Below, in pieces: positions 47,216-56,020 of a stretch of DNA of 64,000 bases. Each line of letters begins with the position of its first letter. Position 1 is the stretch's first letter. The translations under genes were made by a program, and so were the position numbers. The DNA comes from Myxococcota bacterium (lineage in GTDB: Bacteria; Myxococcota_A; UBA796; CAJQPC01): assembly GCA_036229005.1 (NCBI GenBank), contig JAZAMN010000025.1:1-64000 (forward strand). Reading direction: 5' to 3'. The notes beneath the pieces are model-generated. The model did not search any database, was not told where the DNA came from, and saw nothing but the letters and a program-made list of their open reading frames with translations.

Positions 47216-48951
47216 GGGAAGGGGAGCTGACCGAGCTCCCGGGGGATGTGGATGGGACGGGGCCCGGCGGCCTGAGCTGGGTGCACGCTGCGGTGATGTG
47301 GGGGCGGCGGGACACCCTGCGGCGCCTGCTGGAGGCCGGGGCCTCGCCCAAGGCCAAGACCACGGAGATGCTCCACAACGTGCAGGTCGGCGACAAGCGC
47401 GTCTCGCACCCGGAGGGCGGATGGTTCTACCGCCCCAAACCCCAGCCCCTGCTGCCGGTGGGCTTCGCGCTGGACAAGGGGGCGACGCCGCTGCACGTGG
47501 CCGCGTCGCTGGGCGATCTGGAGGCCCTGGAGCTGCTGCTGGCCCACAAGGCCCGCGGGGTCAACGACGGGGTGGGGGCGCGCCCGCTGCACCTGGCGCT
47601 GCTCAAGGGCCACCGGGCCGTCGGGCTGCGGCTGCTGGAGGGCAAGCCCAAGGTGGAGGCGCCCATCAAGGTCCGCAAGGGGCTGCTCTTCTACGACGTG
47701 GGCATGACCCCCTTGCTGGCGGCGCTGGAGGGGGGCGAGCTGGCGCTGGTCCAGGCGCTGCTGGAGCGCGGGGCGGATCCCCTGGTCCGCACCAAGGCGG
47801 GCTGCTCGGCGGCCTTCTTCGCGGCACGGGGAGGCTGCGTCCCTGCGATGGAGGCCCTGGCCGCTGCGGGGGTGAAGGTCGATGACTGCGACTACAGCAA
47901 CTTCCCCTTGGTCGAGGCCGTGGCGCGCGGGCACCTGGAGATGGTCGAGCTGCTGCTCTCGCTGGGGAGCCCCACCGCGGAGCCCGGCGGCTCACAGGCG
48001 CCGCTGCGGCTGGCGATCCGGAGCAACCAGCAGGCCATCCGCGCGGCTCTGTTGGCCGGGGGGGCGGACCCGCTCCCGGATCGCGGACCGGTGAGCGCCG
48101 CGCGGGAGGGGGACGTGGTCTACCTGCAGGCGTACCTGGCGGCCGGCGGAGACCCCGACGTGGTCGAGGGCGGGGCGACCCCCCTGATGCAGACCGCAGC
48201 GCAGGGGCACCTGGAGGCCGCGCGCGTGCTGGTCCACGGCGGCGCGGATCCGGCCCTCGGCCAGCAGGGGGGCGCGCTGGGGTGGGGCATCTCCAACGAC
48301 CACTGGGACATCGTGCAGCTCATGGTCGACGCGGGGCCCGACTGCAGCGGCGTGGACAGCTACGGCAACGGGCTGCTCTTTGGCGTCGTCATGGCCGGGA
48401 AGGAGGCGCTGGCCACCCAGATGATGGCCCTGGGGGCCGATCCCCACCAGCAGAACCGCAGCGGCCGCAGCCCCCTGGAGCTGGCCCGGGAGATGGGCCT
48501 GGAGGCGCTGGTCCGGCGCTTTGAGGGGCAGACGCCGGGGGTGGATGCGCAGGCCAAGGTCTGGAAGGCGCTGCCCCAGTCCAAGGTGCTCAGCGAGGCC
48601 ACCGGGGACGAGCCCTGGCAGGACCTGCACCAGGCCCTCTGGCAGGAGCTCGTGCCCCCCAGCGGTCCCGCACCGTCGCTCCAGGGCGAGCTCGTGCGCT
48701 GCATCGGCAGCCTGACGGACGAGGCCTACCGAAACGGCAACATCAACTGGGGAGCGCGCCACCGGGCCATGGTCGACACCCTGGAGCAGCACCTGGGCCC
48801 TGGCGCCAGCCCCGCCCTCAAGCAGGCGCTGCGGCAGCTCAGACAGCACCGGCGACCCGACCTCTCCGGCCAGGGCTCCCCGCACTACCAGGTCAGCGAG
48901 GCCGTCGTGCGCTTCTGCCTGGAGCACCGCGAGCTGAGCGCGCGCCCCTGA
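47203..48951 (+). CDS. Ankyrin repeat protein with a distinct C-terminal domain
   Basis: GATPLHVAASLG, RPLHLALLKGH, MTPLLAALEGG, ATPLMQTAAQGH; C-terminal ELVPPSG...QGELVR...NGNINW; GAGGAG RBS. Confidence 0.88.
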   Translation: MERLREGELTELPGDVDGTGPGGLSWVHAAVMWGRRDTLRRLLEAGASPKAKTTEMLHNVQVGDKRVSHPEGGWFYRPKPQPLLPVGFALDKGATPLHVAASLGDLEALELLLAHKARGVNDGVGARPLHLALLKGHRAVGLRLLEGKPKVEAPIKVRKGLLFYDVGMTPLLAALEGGELALVQALLERGADPLVRTKAGCSAAFFAARGGCVPAMEALAAAGVKVDDCDYSNFPLVEAVARGHLEMVELLLSLGSPTAEPGGSQAPLRLAIRSNQQAIRAALLAGGADPLPDRGPVSAAREGDVVYLQAYLAAGGDPDVVEGGATPLMQTAAQGHLEAARVLVHGGADPALGQQGGALGWGISNDHWDIVQLMVDAGPDCSGVDSYGNGLLFGVVMAGKEALATQMMALGADPHQQNRSGRSPLELAREMGLEALVRRFEGQTPGVDAQAKVWKALPQSKVLSEATGDEPWQDLHQALWQELVPPSGPAPSLQGELVRCIGSLTDEAYRNGNINWGARHRAMVDTLEQHLGPGASPALKQALRQLRQHRRPDLSGQGSPHYQVSEAVVRFCLEHRELSARP

Positions 48952-48952
48952 C

Positions 48953-49867
48953 TCAGTGCTGGGACTCCAGGTCCGCGTCTTCGGGCTCGGGGTTGCGGCT
49001 GCGCTTCCAGGCCGCCCGCCGCGCCCGCCGGATGTCCCGCCGCGCGTAGTTCAGGGCGTCGATCTCCGCCCCGATGAACACCGCGGAGACCAGCGAGTAG
49101 AAGAGGATCAGCAGGCCTGCCGCGGCCCCCAGCGAGCCGTAGGTGGCGCCCAGGTCGGTGACGTTGTTCACGTAGAGGTGGAAGCCCTCGAAGATGACCA
49201 CCCAGCTCACCGTCGCGAACACGCTGCCCCAGGTGCTCCAGCGCCAGCGTAGCGGCGTGTTGGCCCCCACCCGGTAGACCGCGTTCACCGCGAAGTGCCC
49301 CAGGGTGAACACCGTCGGCCAGCGCAGGATGCGGATCCACGAGGTCACGCTGGCGCTCACCCAGCCGCGGGCCTGGATGTTCTCCAGGGCGAAGTCCCCC
49401 AGCGCGAGCCCGACCAGCAGCAGCATCACGCCCAGCATCGCGCCGACGCTCATGGCGATGGCGATGCCGCGCACGATCATGAAGTTGCGGTCCTCCCGCG
49501 TGTTCCAGGCCTTGTTCACGCCCAGGATCAGCGCGTGCACGGCGCGGTGGGTGGCGTAGAGGCCCAGGCCAAAGCCCACGATGATGCGGCCGCCGGTCTC
49601 GGCGAACGCGATGCTCTGGATCTCGGTGACCAGCGCGTCCGCGAGCATCCCGGGCAGGGCCTCGCGGATCAGGTCCTCGAGCAGGTTGACCTCCTCCGCC
49701 AGGTTGAACTGCGCGAGCAGGCCGAGCAGGGCGACCAGGAAGGGGAACACCGAGAGCAGCAGGAAGTAGGCGACCTGCGCGCTGCGGTCGATGATCTCGT
49801 GCTCGCTGATCGAGTCGTTGAGGGCCTTGACGTAGTGCCAGGTCTCGCTGATGGCGGCGCGGATCAT
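48953..49867 (-). CDS. YihY/virulence factor BrkB family membrane protein
   Basis: SAQVAYFLLLSVFP, NKAW, YGSLGAAAGLLILFY, IGAE; ATGA overlap. Confidence 0.9.
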   Translation of the reverse strand: MIRAAISETWHYVKALNDSISEHEIIDRSAQVAYFLLLSVFPFLVALLGLLAQFNLAEEVNLLEDLIREALPGMLADALVTEIQSIAFAETGGRIIVGFGLGLYATHRAVHALILGVNKAWNTREDRNFMIVRGIAIAMSVGAMLGVMLLLVGLALGDFALENIQARGWVSASVTSWIRILRWPTVFTLGHFAVNAVYRVGANTPLRWRWSTWGSVFATVSWVVIFEGFHLYVNNVTDLGATYGSLGAAAGLLILFYSLVSAVFIGAEIDALNYARRDIRRARRAAWKRSRNPEPEDADLESQH

Positions 49868-51855
49868 CGCCGCACCTGCAGCTTCACGCTGCTGTAGTCC
49901 CCCGAGCGGGTCACGGGGACCTGCGCGCCGTTGGCCCAGAGCTGCGCGTCGACCACCTCTTCGGTGGTGTTGCACTCAAAGCTTCCGGAGTCGGGGTGGA
50001 CCATGCACTTGTGGGTACCGGATGCGGTGATTGCGAGCACGTGAACATCTGTGTGCAGGGAGCGGCCACCGAGCACCTCGCCGGCGAATCGCAGCGCAGA
50101 GGGCTGGCCGGCGGAGCCGGCGGCGGGAGGATCCGCAGGGGGTGGGCGCTGATCGTAGAGCTGGTAGATCCGCTGCCCACCGCCCTCCGCGAAGTCCCGT
50201 ACGTCCACGGAGTAGGGCCTCAGGACGCCGTCGAGGTGCTTGAGTTCGGCCTCTTCGTAGACGCTCAGGTCCACGACCACGTACTTGAGGCCCAGGCCGG
50301 TGAGCCACGCGAGCTCCGAGTTGTAGGCGGCCGAAGGCGCGATGGCGTCGCCGGGCACCTGCTGCCCAAAGTGCGGGAAGCTCAGGTCGCTGAGGTGCTT
50401 TGCCAGCTTGCTGTCGGGGCCGGGCTTGGGGACCAGGGTGAGCAGCCCGGGGGCCTGGAAGCTGCCCTTGTCGGCCAGGGTGGGGAAGGCCACCCGCTCG
50501 GCGCCGGTCCAGACGGGCTCCAGGCCGCCAAAGACCTCCTGGGTACTGGTGCGCGTATCGCCGGCCTGCTGTGGGCTCGCCGGGACCTGGGTGGGCAGCA
50601 TGAGCACGGTGGCGCTCTCGGGGTCTGCGGCCAGGTCCTGGACGAAGGCTGGGGGCTGCAGATCCATCAAGGGGTACACCGCCTGCAGACCTCCGGCGGC
50701 CGCGCCCCAGTTGAGCACCCACCCCCCAACGAGGACACCGAGTCCCGCATCCAGCCACCACCAGCGGCGCAGCAGGGGACCCAGGCCCGCGAGCCCGGCG
50801 GCCCCGGCCACCACCACCAGGGCGATGTAGCGGCGGGGGAAGCGCACGACGGCGCCGATGGGGCCCTCGGCCCAGAAGTGCAGGGCGCTGTGGTGTAGCG
50901 CCAGGCCCATGGCGAGCAGGGCCAGCACAGAGAGCCAGGCGTCGCGACGGAGGGCCGCCAGCGCGCCCACGCCCAGCAGGATCCAGTGGGGCCAGGGGGG
51001 CGCCCAGATGTCGGAGACCCGCCAGCCGCGGGCGCCCGGGGAGCGGGAGAGGAGCTGGAGCTGCTCCCAGGTGATCGCGTTCATCGCCTGGAGGTCGCTG
51101 CCGTCGCCCGTGCTGTCCATTCGGTCCGCCATCGAGGCGATCACGGGCCACATCAGCCCGGCCAGGGTGGCGACCCCGGCGAGCACGACGGCGGCGGCCA
51201 GCAGCAGCTCGCGGATGCCGCTCTTGGAGCGGATCAGGCTGAGGGTGGCCAGCACGCCGAGGGCGGAGAAACTGGCGTAGTACGCCGACTCCAGGCAACT
51301 GATCACAAAGAGCGCGCCGGCGATGGGCCCCCAGCCGCGCTCGCCCCGGGCGGCTCTTGCGCTGGCCCCCAGGATCAGCGGGACCCAGCCGATGCTCAGG
51401 ACCTCCAGGGTGCCGTCGCGCAATGCGCCGCCCATCAGCGGCGTGCTGGCGATCAGAACCCCAGCCAGCAGGGCCATGCCCCAGCTCCCCTTGAGGGAGC
51501 GCACCAGGAAGGCCCCCCCGAGCACCGCCAGGACGCTGTGGCCCAGCACCAGCAGGCGCAGGGCGGGCACCGGACCCAAAAGGCGCGTGGGCAGGGCCAC
51601 GGCGCTCAGGCTCAGGGCCGGGAAGGGCAGGAGCGTGACGCCGTTGGGGAAGCCGGCCTCGGCGAAACCCAGGGGCCAGGACCACCATCGCTCGCCCACC
51701 AGCCACAGGGTCCACAGGCCACGCAGGGCGTCGGAGCCGGGCTCACCCGGGATGCTGTCGGCGCTCGCCAGCAGCGGAGCGTGGAGGACAAGCGCGACGG
51801 CCAGGGCTGCGACGCAGATCAGCAGCGGCGGGAGCCAGGGGCGGAGGGAGGACAT
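49864..51855 (-). CDS. Polytopic membrane protein, probable GT-C fold glycosyltransferase
   Basis: TM1 followed by an acidic loop (GEPGSD..LW..W...FPNG), many TMs, SAYY, RFPRRY, and a C-terminal YVVV periplasmic domain. Confidence 0.55.
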   Translation of the reverse strand: MSSLRPWLPPLLICVAALAVALVLHAPLLASADSIPGEPGSDALRGLWTLWLVGERWWSWPLGFAEAGFPNGVTLLPFPALSLSAVALPTRLLGPVPALRLLVLGHSVLAVLGGAFLVRSLKGSWGMALLAGVLIASTPLMGGALRDGTLEVLSIGWVPLILGASARAARGERGWGPIAGALFVISCLESAYYASFSALGVLATLSLIRSKSGIRELLLAAAVVLAGVATLAGLMWPVIASMADRMDSTGDGSDLQAMNAITWEQLQLLSRSPGARGWRVSDIWAPPWPHWILLGVGALAALRRDAWLSVLALLAMGLALHHSALHFWAEGPIGAVVRFPRRYIALVVVAGAAGLAGLGPLLRRWWWLDAGLGVLVGGWVLNWGAAAGGLQAVYPLMDLQPPAFVQDLAADPESATVLMLPTQVPASPQQAGDTRTSTQEVFGGLEPVWTGAERVAFPTLADKGSFQAPGLLTLVPKPGPDSKLAKHLSDLSFPHFGQQVPGDAIAPSAAYNSELAWLTGLGLKYVVVDLSVYEEAELKHLDGVLRPYSVDVRDFAEGGGQRIYQLYDQRPPPADPPAAGSAGQPSALRFAGEVLGGRSLHTDVHVLAITASGTHKCMVHPDSGSFECNTTEEVVDAQLWANGAQVPVTRSGDYSSVKLQVRR

Positions 51856-51928
51856 CGGAGCCCGACTTATCCCACAGTCCTGTGAAGGGTGGAACCGACC
51901 CCCGGCGCCTGGGGTTAAACATGGTGCG

Positions 51929-54115
51929 ATGAAGATCTGTCCCAAGTGCGGCAAGACCTACCCCAACGACTCGACGGCGTTCTGCTTCAACGACGGCGTG
52001 CCCCTCAAGGCGGCCCCTCAAGAGAGCAGCCCCGCCGAGGCTGAACCTGCTGCGGAGGCGGCTCCAGAGGCCGCTGTCCCCAAGGACGCGGGTGTCCCCG
52101 CTGCTGGGCTCCCTGGTGCTGGGCTCCCCGGTGCTGGGCTCCCCGCTGCCGGCGCGTCCAAGCGCCCCCGGGGCGGCCTCTTCTCGGCGCCCAGCCCACT
52201 GCAGGCCCTGGATGCGCCGCTCCCGGCCGTGTCCAGCCACACCCTCTTGCCGGATGACTTCGAGGCCGAGGCGCCCGCCGCGGTGCAGCTCGGTCCCCAC
52301 CAGCTCGGCAGCTCCATTCTCGCGACCCCTCAGCTCCTGCTCTTTGCCCTGGCAGACGGCCGCGCCGCGTGGGTGCACCCGCCGGATCGCCCCGGGCGTG
52401 AGCGCTTTGTCAAGCGTGTGGAGCTCGCGCGGCGGGGCGGTGACCCCAGCCTGCTGCGGGTTCAGGACCAGGGCGAGCACCAGGGCGTGGCCTACGCCGT
52501 GGTCGCCCGACCCGCGGGCCACGACCTCGCCTCGCTGATGGCCGGGCTCCGCGCCAAGGGAATCGAGCGCCTGGAGGCCCCCTACGTCTGGGAGCTCGGG
52601 CGCGCTCTGGCCGGAGCGCTCGCCGGCCTCCACCGCGTGCAGGACGGCGGCGTCGTCGGGGATCTGGCCCCTGGGCGCGTGTTCGTCGACCCCGAGGGGC
52701 GCATCCAGCTCCTGGCCCTGGTCGGGCCCACCCCGGCCCTGCCGCTCAACGACGAGCTGGACCGCTGGGCGCGCCTGGCCCCCGAGCAGTGCATGCGGCC
52801 GGAGTCCGTGGACGCCCGCGCCGATCTCTTCGCCCTGGGCTGCCTGCTCTGGACCCTGCTCACCGGCCGCCAGCACCACCTCAAGTCGGACCGCATCTCC
52901 ACCATCAAGGCCCTCGCCGAGGGGCCCCCGGTGGACCTGGCCTCGCCGCTGCACGCGCTCCTGGCCCGCTGCATGGACCCCGACCCGGAGCGTCGCCCCC
53001 AGAGCGCCGCGGCGCTGTTGGACGCCCTCAAGCAGATCGGCCAGGCCGACAAGGCCCACTGGGGCGCGCTGATCGCCCAGGCCTTCCCCGCCGGGGCCCC
53101 CGCCCTGAGCGGTGCGGAGCTGGAGCGGGTCAACGGCGTGCTGGACATCCTGCGCGGGGTGGCGCCGCTGCCCCAGGTCGCCGAGCACGCACCCGAGATG
53201 CCCGACTGGCCCGCCCCCAAGGCCGCGCCCGAGCCTGCGGTGGAGCCCGAGCCGACTCCCGAGCCCGCCGCGGAGCCCGAGACCCCTGAGCCCGAGGCCG
53301 CCGAGCCTGAGGCCGCCGAGCCGGAGGCAGCCAGCCTGACCTCGTCGGCGCCCGATGTGGCTGAGGTGGAGGAGCCCCCCGAGAGCGAAGATGGTGGGGA
53401 CGATGACTCCCTCGCGGGCGGGTTCTTCTCCGACCCGGCCCCCTCCGAGCCGCCGCCTGTCGCGGAGACCCCCGAGCCGCCCATCACCCCTCAGCGCTCC
53501 TGGGGGCTGCCCATCGCCGGGGCCCTGCTCGGTGTGCTCCTGCTCGGCGCCGCCGGCTACCTGACCTGGTCGTCCATGCAGGAAGAGGGGGGTGCGCCCG
53601 CCGGGGTCCCCAGCGCCGTCCAGGACGCCCCCAAGCCCCCAAAGGTGGAGCCGCCGCCTGCCCCTCCGGTCGATGAGGATCAGGTCCAGGAGGAGGAGGA
53701 GCAGCCCCCCTCCGAGCCGGAGACCACACCCCCCCAGGACGCGCAGCCCACCAACACCCCGGCAGCTCCGTCCACCGACGAGGCCACCTCGGCGCAGACC
53801 CTCCGCGCCCAGGACTCGCGGGCGTCCACGACCCGCTCCAGCGGGGGCAGCAGCCGGCGAGGCAGCACCTCGGAGACCCCGGCTGAGCCCGCGACCACGC
53901 CCAACAGCGGCGCAGCGCTCAACACCGCTGGGGGCACCGCCACCGACGGCCGCAGCATCGGCTCCGGAGCCCGCAGAGGCGGCGGCCGGGCAGAGGAGCC
54001 CAAGGAGGACGAAGGCTGGGAGGCCTCCCCCTGGGGTGCCTCGCAGGAGCAGCCCGCTTCCGAGCAGCCCGCCTCCGGTGGCGAGGACGACAACCCCTGG
54101 GGTGAGGTCGAGTGA
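51929..54115 (+). CDS. Membrane pseudokinase with N-terminal zinc ribbon and low-complexity exported tail
   Basis: MKICPKC...FCFNDG; kinase C-lobe APE, DARADLFALG, DPDPERRP; HRD replaced by VGD and DFG replaced by ALV; TM LPIAGALLGVLLLGAAGYL. Confidence 0.8.
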   Translation: MKICPKCGKTYPNDSTAFCFNDGVPLKAAPQESSPAEAEPAAEAAPEAAVPKDAGVPAAGLPGAGLPGAGLPAAGASKRPRGGLFSAPSPLQALDAPLPAVSSHTLLPDDFEAEAPAAVQLGPHQLGSSILATPQLLLFALADGRAAWVHPPDRPGRERFVKRVELARRGGDPSLLRVQDQGEHQGVAYAVVARPAGHDLASLMAGLRAKGIERLEAPYVWELGRALAGALAGLHRVQDGGVVGDLAPGRVFVDPEGRIQLLALVGPTPALPLNDELDRWARLAPEQCMRPESVDARADLFALGCLLWTLLTGRQHHLKSDRISTIKALAEGPPVDLASPLHALLARCMDPDPERRPQSAAALLDALKQIGQADKAHWGALIAQAFPAGAPALSGAELERVNGVLDILRGVAPLPQVAEHAPEMPDWPAPKAAPEPAVEPEPTPEPAAEPETPEPEAAEPEAAEPEAASLTSSAPDVAEVEEPPESEDGGDDDSLAGGFFSDPAPSEPPPVAETPEPPITPQRSWGLPIAGALLGVLLLGAAGYLTWSSMQEEGGAPAGVPSAVQDAPKPPKVEPPPAPPVDEDQVQEEEEQPPSEPETTPPQDAQPTNTPAAPSTDEATSAQTLRAQDSRASTTRSSGGSSRRGSTSETPAEPATTPNSGAALNTAGGTATDGRSIGSGARRGGGRAEEPKEDEGWEASPWGASQEQPASEQPASGGEDDNPWGEVE
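52103..52143 (+). repeat. Three 15-bp tandem repeats encoding AGLP(G)
   Basis: GCTGGGCTCCC at 52103, 52118 and 52133. Confidence 0.8.
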
Positions 54116-54145
54116 CCCTGGGTTGAGCGTCAAAGGGCTGGCGTT

Positions 54146-54595
54146 CTACCTTGGGTTTCGCCAGCGCTCCTGCAGGGCGCTGCGCTCCACCACCGAGACC
54201 AGCGCGGTGCGGCCGCTGAGCCCCCGCCGGCGGTTCAGGACCAGCTTGGCCAGGGCGTAGAGCTTGAAGAAGCGGCGCAGGCCGCGCAGCTCCGCGGCGG
54301 TGGGGGCGTGGTCGCTGGCGATCAGCTTGTCGTCGACCGCGCCCGCGTCGAAGAAGCGCACGACCCCCACCACGGGCAGGTCGTAGCGGGTCCCAGCGCG
54401 CAGGCGCGGGCCCAGGACCACCACGTCCTGCGGGTCCCCGTCGGCGCCGGGCAGCTCGGGCACGCAGCCGTAGTTGTAGGGGGAGGGCAGGGGGGAGATG
54501 AAGTCCACCGAGCCCCCCTCGTGCAGCTCCCGCTTGACGAAGCCCCCCTTGGGGACCTCGATCAGCACCTGCACACGCTCGGGGAGGGAGTTCAT
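54146..54595 (-). CDS. ppa: Family I inorganic pyrophosphatase (short form)
   Basis: IEVPKG, PYNYGCVP, DGDPQDVVV, DAGAVDDKLIA. Confidence 0.85.
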   Translation of the reverse strand: MNSLPERVQVLIEVPKGGFVKRELHEGGSVDFISPLPSPYNYGCVPELPGADGDPQDVVVLGPRLRAGTRYDLPVVGVVRFFDAGAVDDKLIASDHAPTAAELRGLRRFFKLYALAKLVLNRRRGLSGRTALVSVVERSALQERWRNPR

Positions 54596-54650
54596 GCCCA
54601 GGACCTATCCCCACGGCGGCGGGCTATGCTACCCGCAGATGGAGGACCCC

Positions 54651-55193
54651 ATGCGATACACCGCGCTGCCCCTGGCGGCCCTGTGCCTGTTGGCCCTGAG
54701 CGCCTGTGACAACGGCGACGGAAACTTCACCACCACCACCGACGGCCCCGACGTGGTCGAGGGGAACGGCGACCTGAGCCTGGAGGTCGCGACCCTGGTG
54801 TGGGAGGACCTGGAGGCCGGCAAGACCGTCGGCAACACCCTGGCCTTCGAGAACGTGGGCGACCTGAACCTGGTGATCTACGAGGCCCGCGTCATCGACT
54901 CGGCCGGCGGCGTGTTCTACCTGGGCGAGACCGAAGACGTCGTCGTGGCCCCCGGCGGCACCTTCGACATGACCGTCACGGCCACCCTGCCCGGCGACCA
55001 GCCCAAGTACGGCACCCTGCGCGTCAAGACCAACGACCTGGACTACCTGGAGTTCACTGTCGACCTGGAGGCCTACCCCACCGGCTGGGGCGTCGACACC
55101 GGCGACACGGGTGACACCGCGGACACGGGTGACACCGCAGACACGGGCGGCTCCGACACGGGCGGCTCCGACTCCGGCGACTCCGGCGAGTGA
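54651..55193 (+). CDS. Lipoprotein with Ig-like (ASH/DUF1573-like) domain and DTG/DSG repeat tail
   Basis: MRYTALPLAALCLLALSAC; FENVGDLNLVI...GTLRVKTND; TATGCT -10 and GGAGG RBS upstream. Confidence 0.8.
   Translation: MRYTALPLAALCLLALSACDNGDGNFTTTTDGPDVVEGNGDLSLEVATLVWEDLEAGKTVGNTLAFENVGDLNLVIYEARVIDSAGGVFYLGETEDVVVAPGGTFDMTVTATLPGDQPKYGTLRVKTNDLDYLEFTVDLEAYPTGWGVDTGDTGDTADTGDTADTGGSDTGGSDSGDSGE
55095..55190 (+). repeat. Coding D-(T/S)-(G/A) tandem repeat
   Basis: DTGDTGDTADTGDTADTGGSDTGGSDSGDSGE. Confidence 0.85.
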
Positions 55194-56020
55194 GGCTGCG
55201 CAGCGCCGGGCGCTGGAGCGCATCGGAGCTCGGCTTCCCCGCGCACGCCACCTTCCGCGTGCTCCAGGCCCTCCCCCAGGGGGGCCTCGCGGCGGGCTGC
55301 GACTACGGCATGGCCCTGTATCAGGGCGGTCGTTGGCGCCCCTTCCCTTTCCCCCAGGGCGCCCGCCGCGAGATGCGCGCCATCCTGGACGCCGCGTGGC
55401 TGGACGGCACCCTCCACCTGGTCAGCGAGCGCGGCAGCTTCCAGTGGTCCCCCGGTGACGCCCAGGCCCAGGGGCGCGGTCTGCCCAAGGACGGAGCCGG
55501 CGGCTACGACGACCTGCGCGCGGTCCACGCTGCCCCCAGCGGGCTCCTCCGCGCCTGGCGCAGCCACCTGGAGGGCGCCGAGGGCCCTCCGGAGTGCCTC
55601 TCCTTCGTCACCGGCTGGCAGCAGCGCGTGTTCGCGGGCACCCGGGACGGACAGCTCTGGGAGCTCGGCGTCGGCCCCATCCGCAGCTTCGAGCGCGAGG
55701 GCAAGGGCCGCCCCGTCCGCCACCTCAGCATGGGGGCCGGGCACCTGTGGGCCGCCGCCGCCGGTGCGCTCTGGCGCTGGGACGGCAGCACCTGGACCCG
55801 CCGAGAGGGGGAGCCCTACGCCCTGACCACCGACCCCCGCGAGCGCCTCTGGTCTCTGGAGCGAGGGGCTCTGTGGTGCTCGGAGCTTGGGGATCCACCC
55901 ACCCCCATCGACTGGCCCCTGGAGCGCCCCTGGCAGCTCTGCGCCAGCGAGGACAGGCTGTGGATCGGCCGCCGCGGCGGGATCGAGCGCGTGGTGGTGG
56001 AGGTCGGCTACTCGCCCTGA
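55190..56020 (+). CDS. Hypothetical Trp-rich beta-propeller-like protein
   Basis: GTGA overlap; repeated blade-like units VFAGTRDGQLW, LWAAAAGALWRWDG, LWIG. Confidence 0.6.
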   Translation: MRLRSAGRWSASELGFPAHATFRVLQALPQGGLAAGCDYGMALYQGGRWRPFPFPQGARREMRAILDAAWLDGTLHLVSERGSFQWSPGDAQAQGRGLPKDGAGGYDDLRAVHAAPSGLLRAWRSHLEGAEGPPECLSFVTGWQQRVFAGTRDGQLWELGVGPIRSFEREGKGRPVRHLSMGAGHLWAAAAGALWRWDGSTWTRREGEPYALTTDPRERLWSLERGALWCSELGDPPTPIDWPLERPWQLCASEDRLWIGRRGGIERVVVEVGYSP

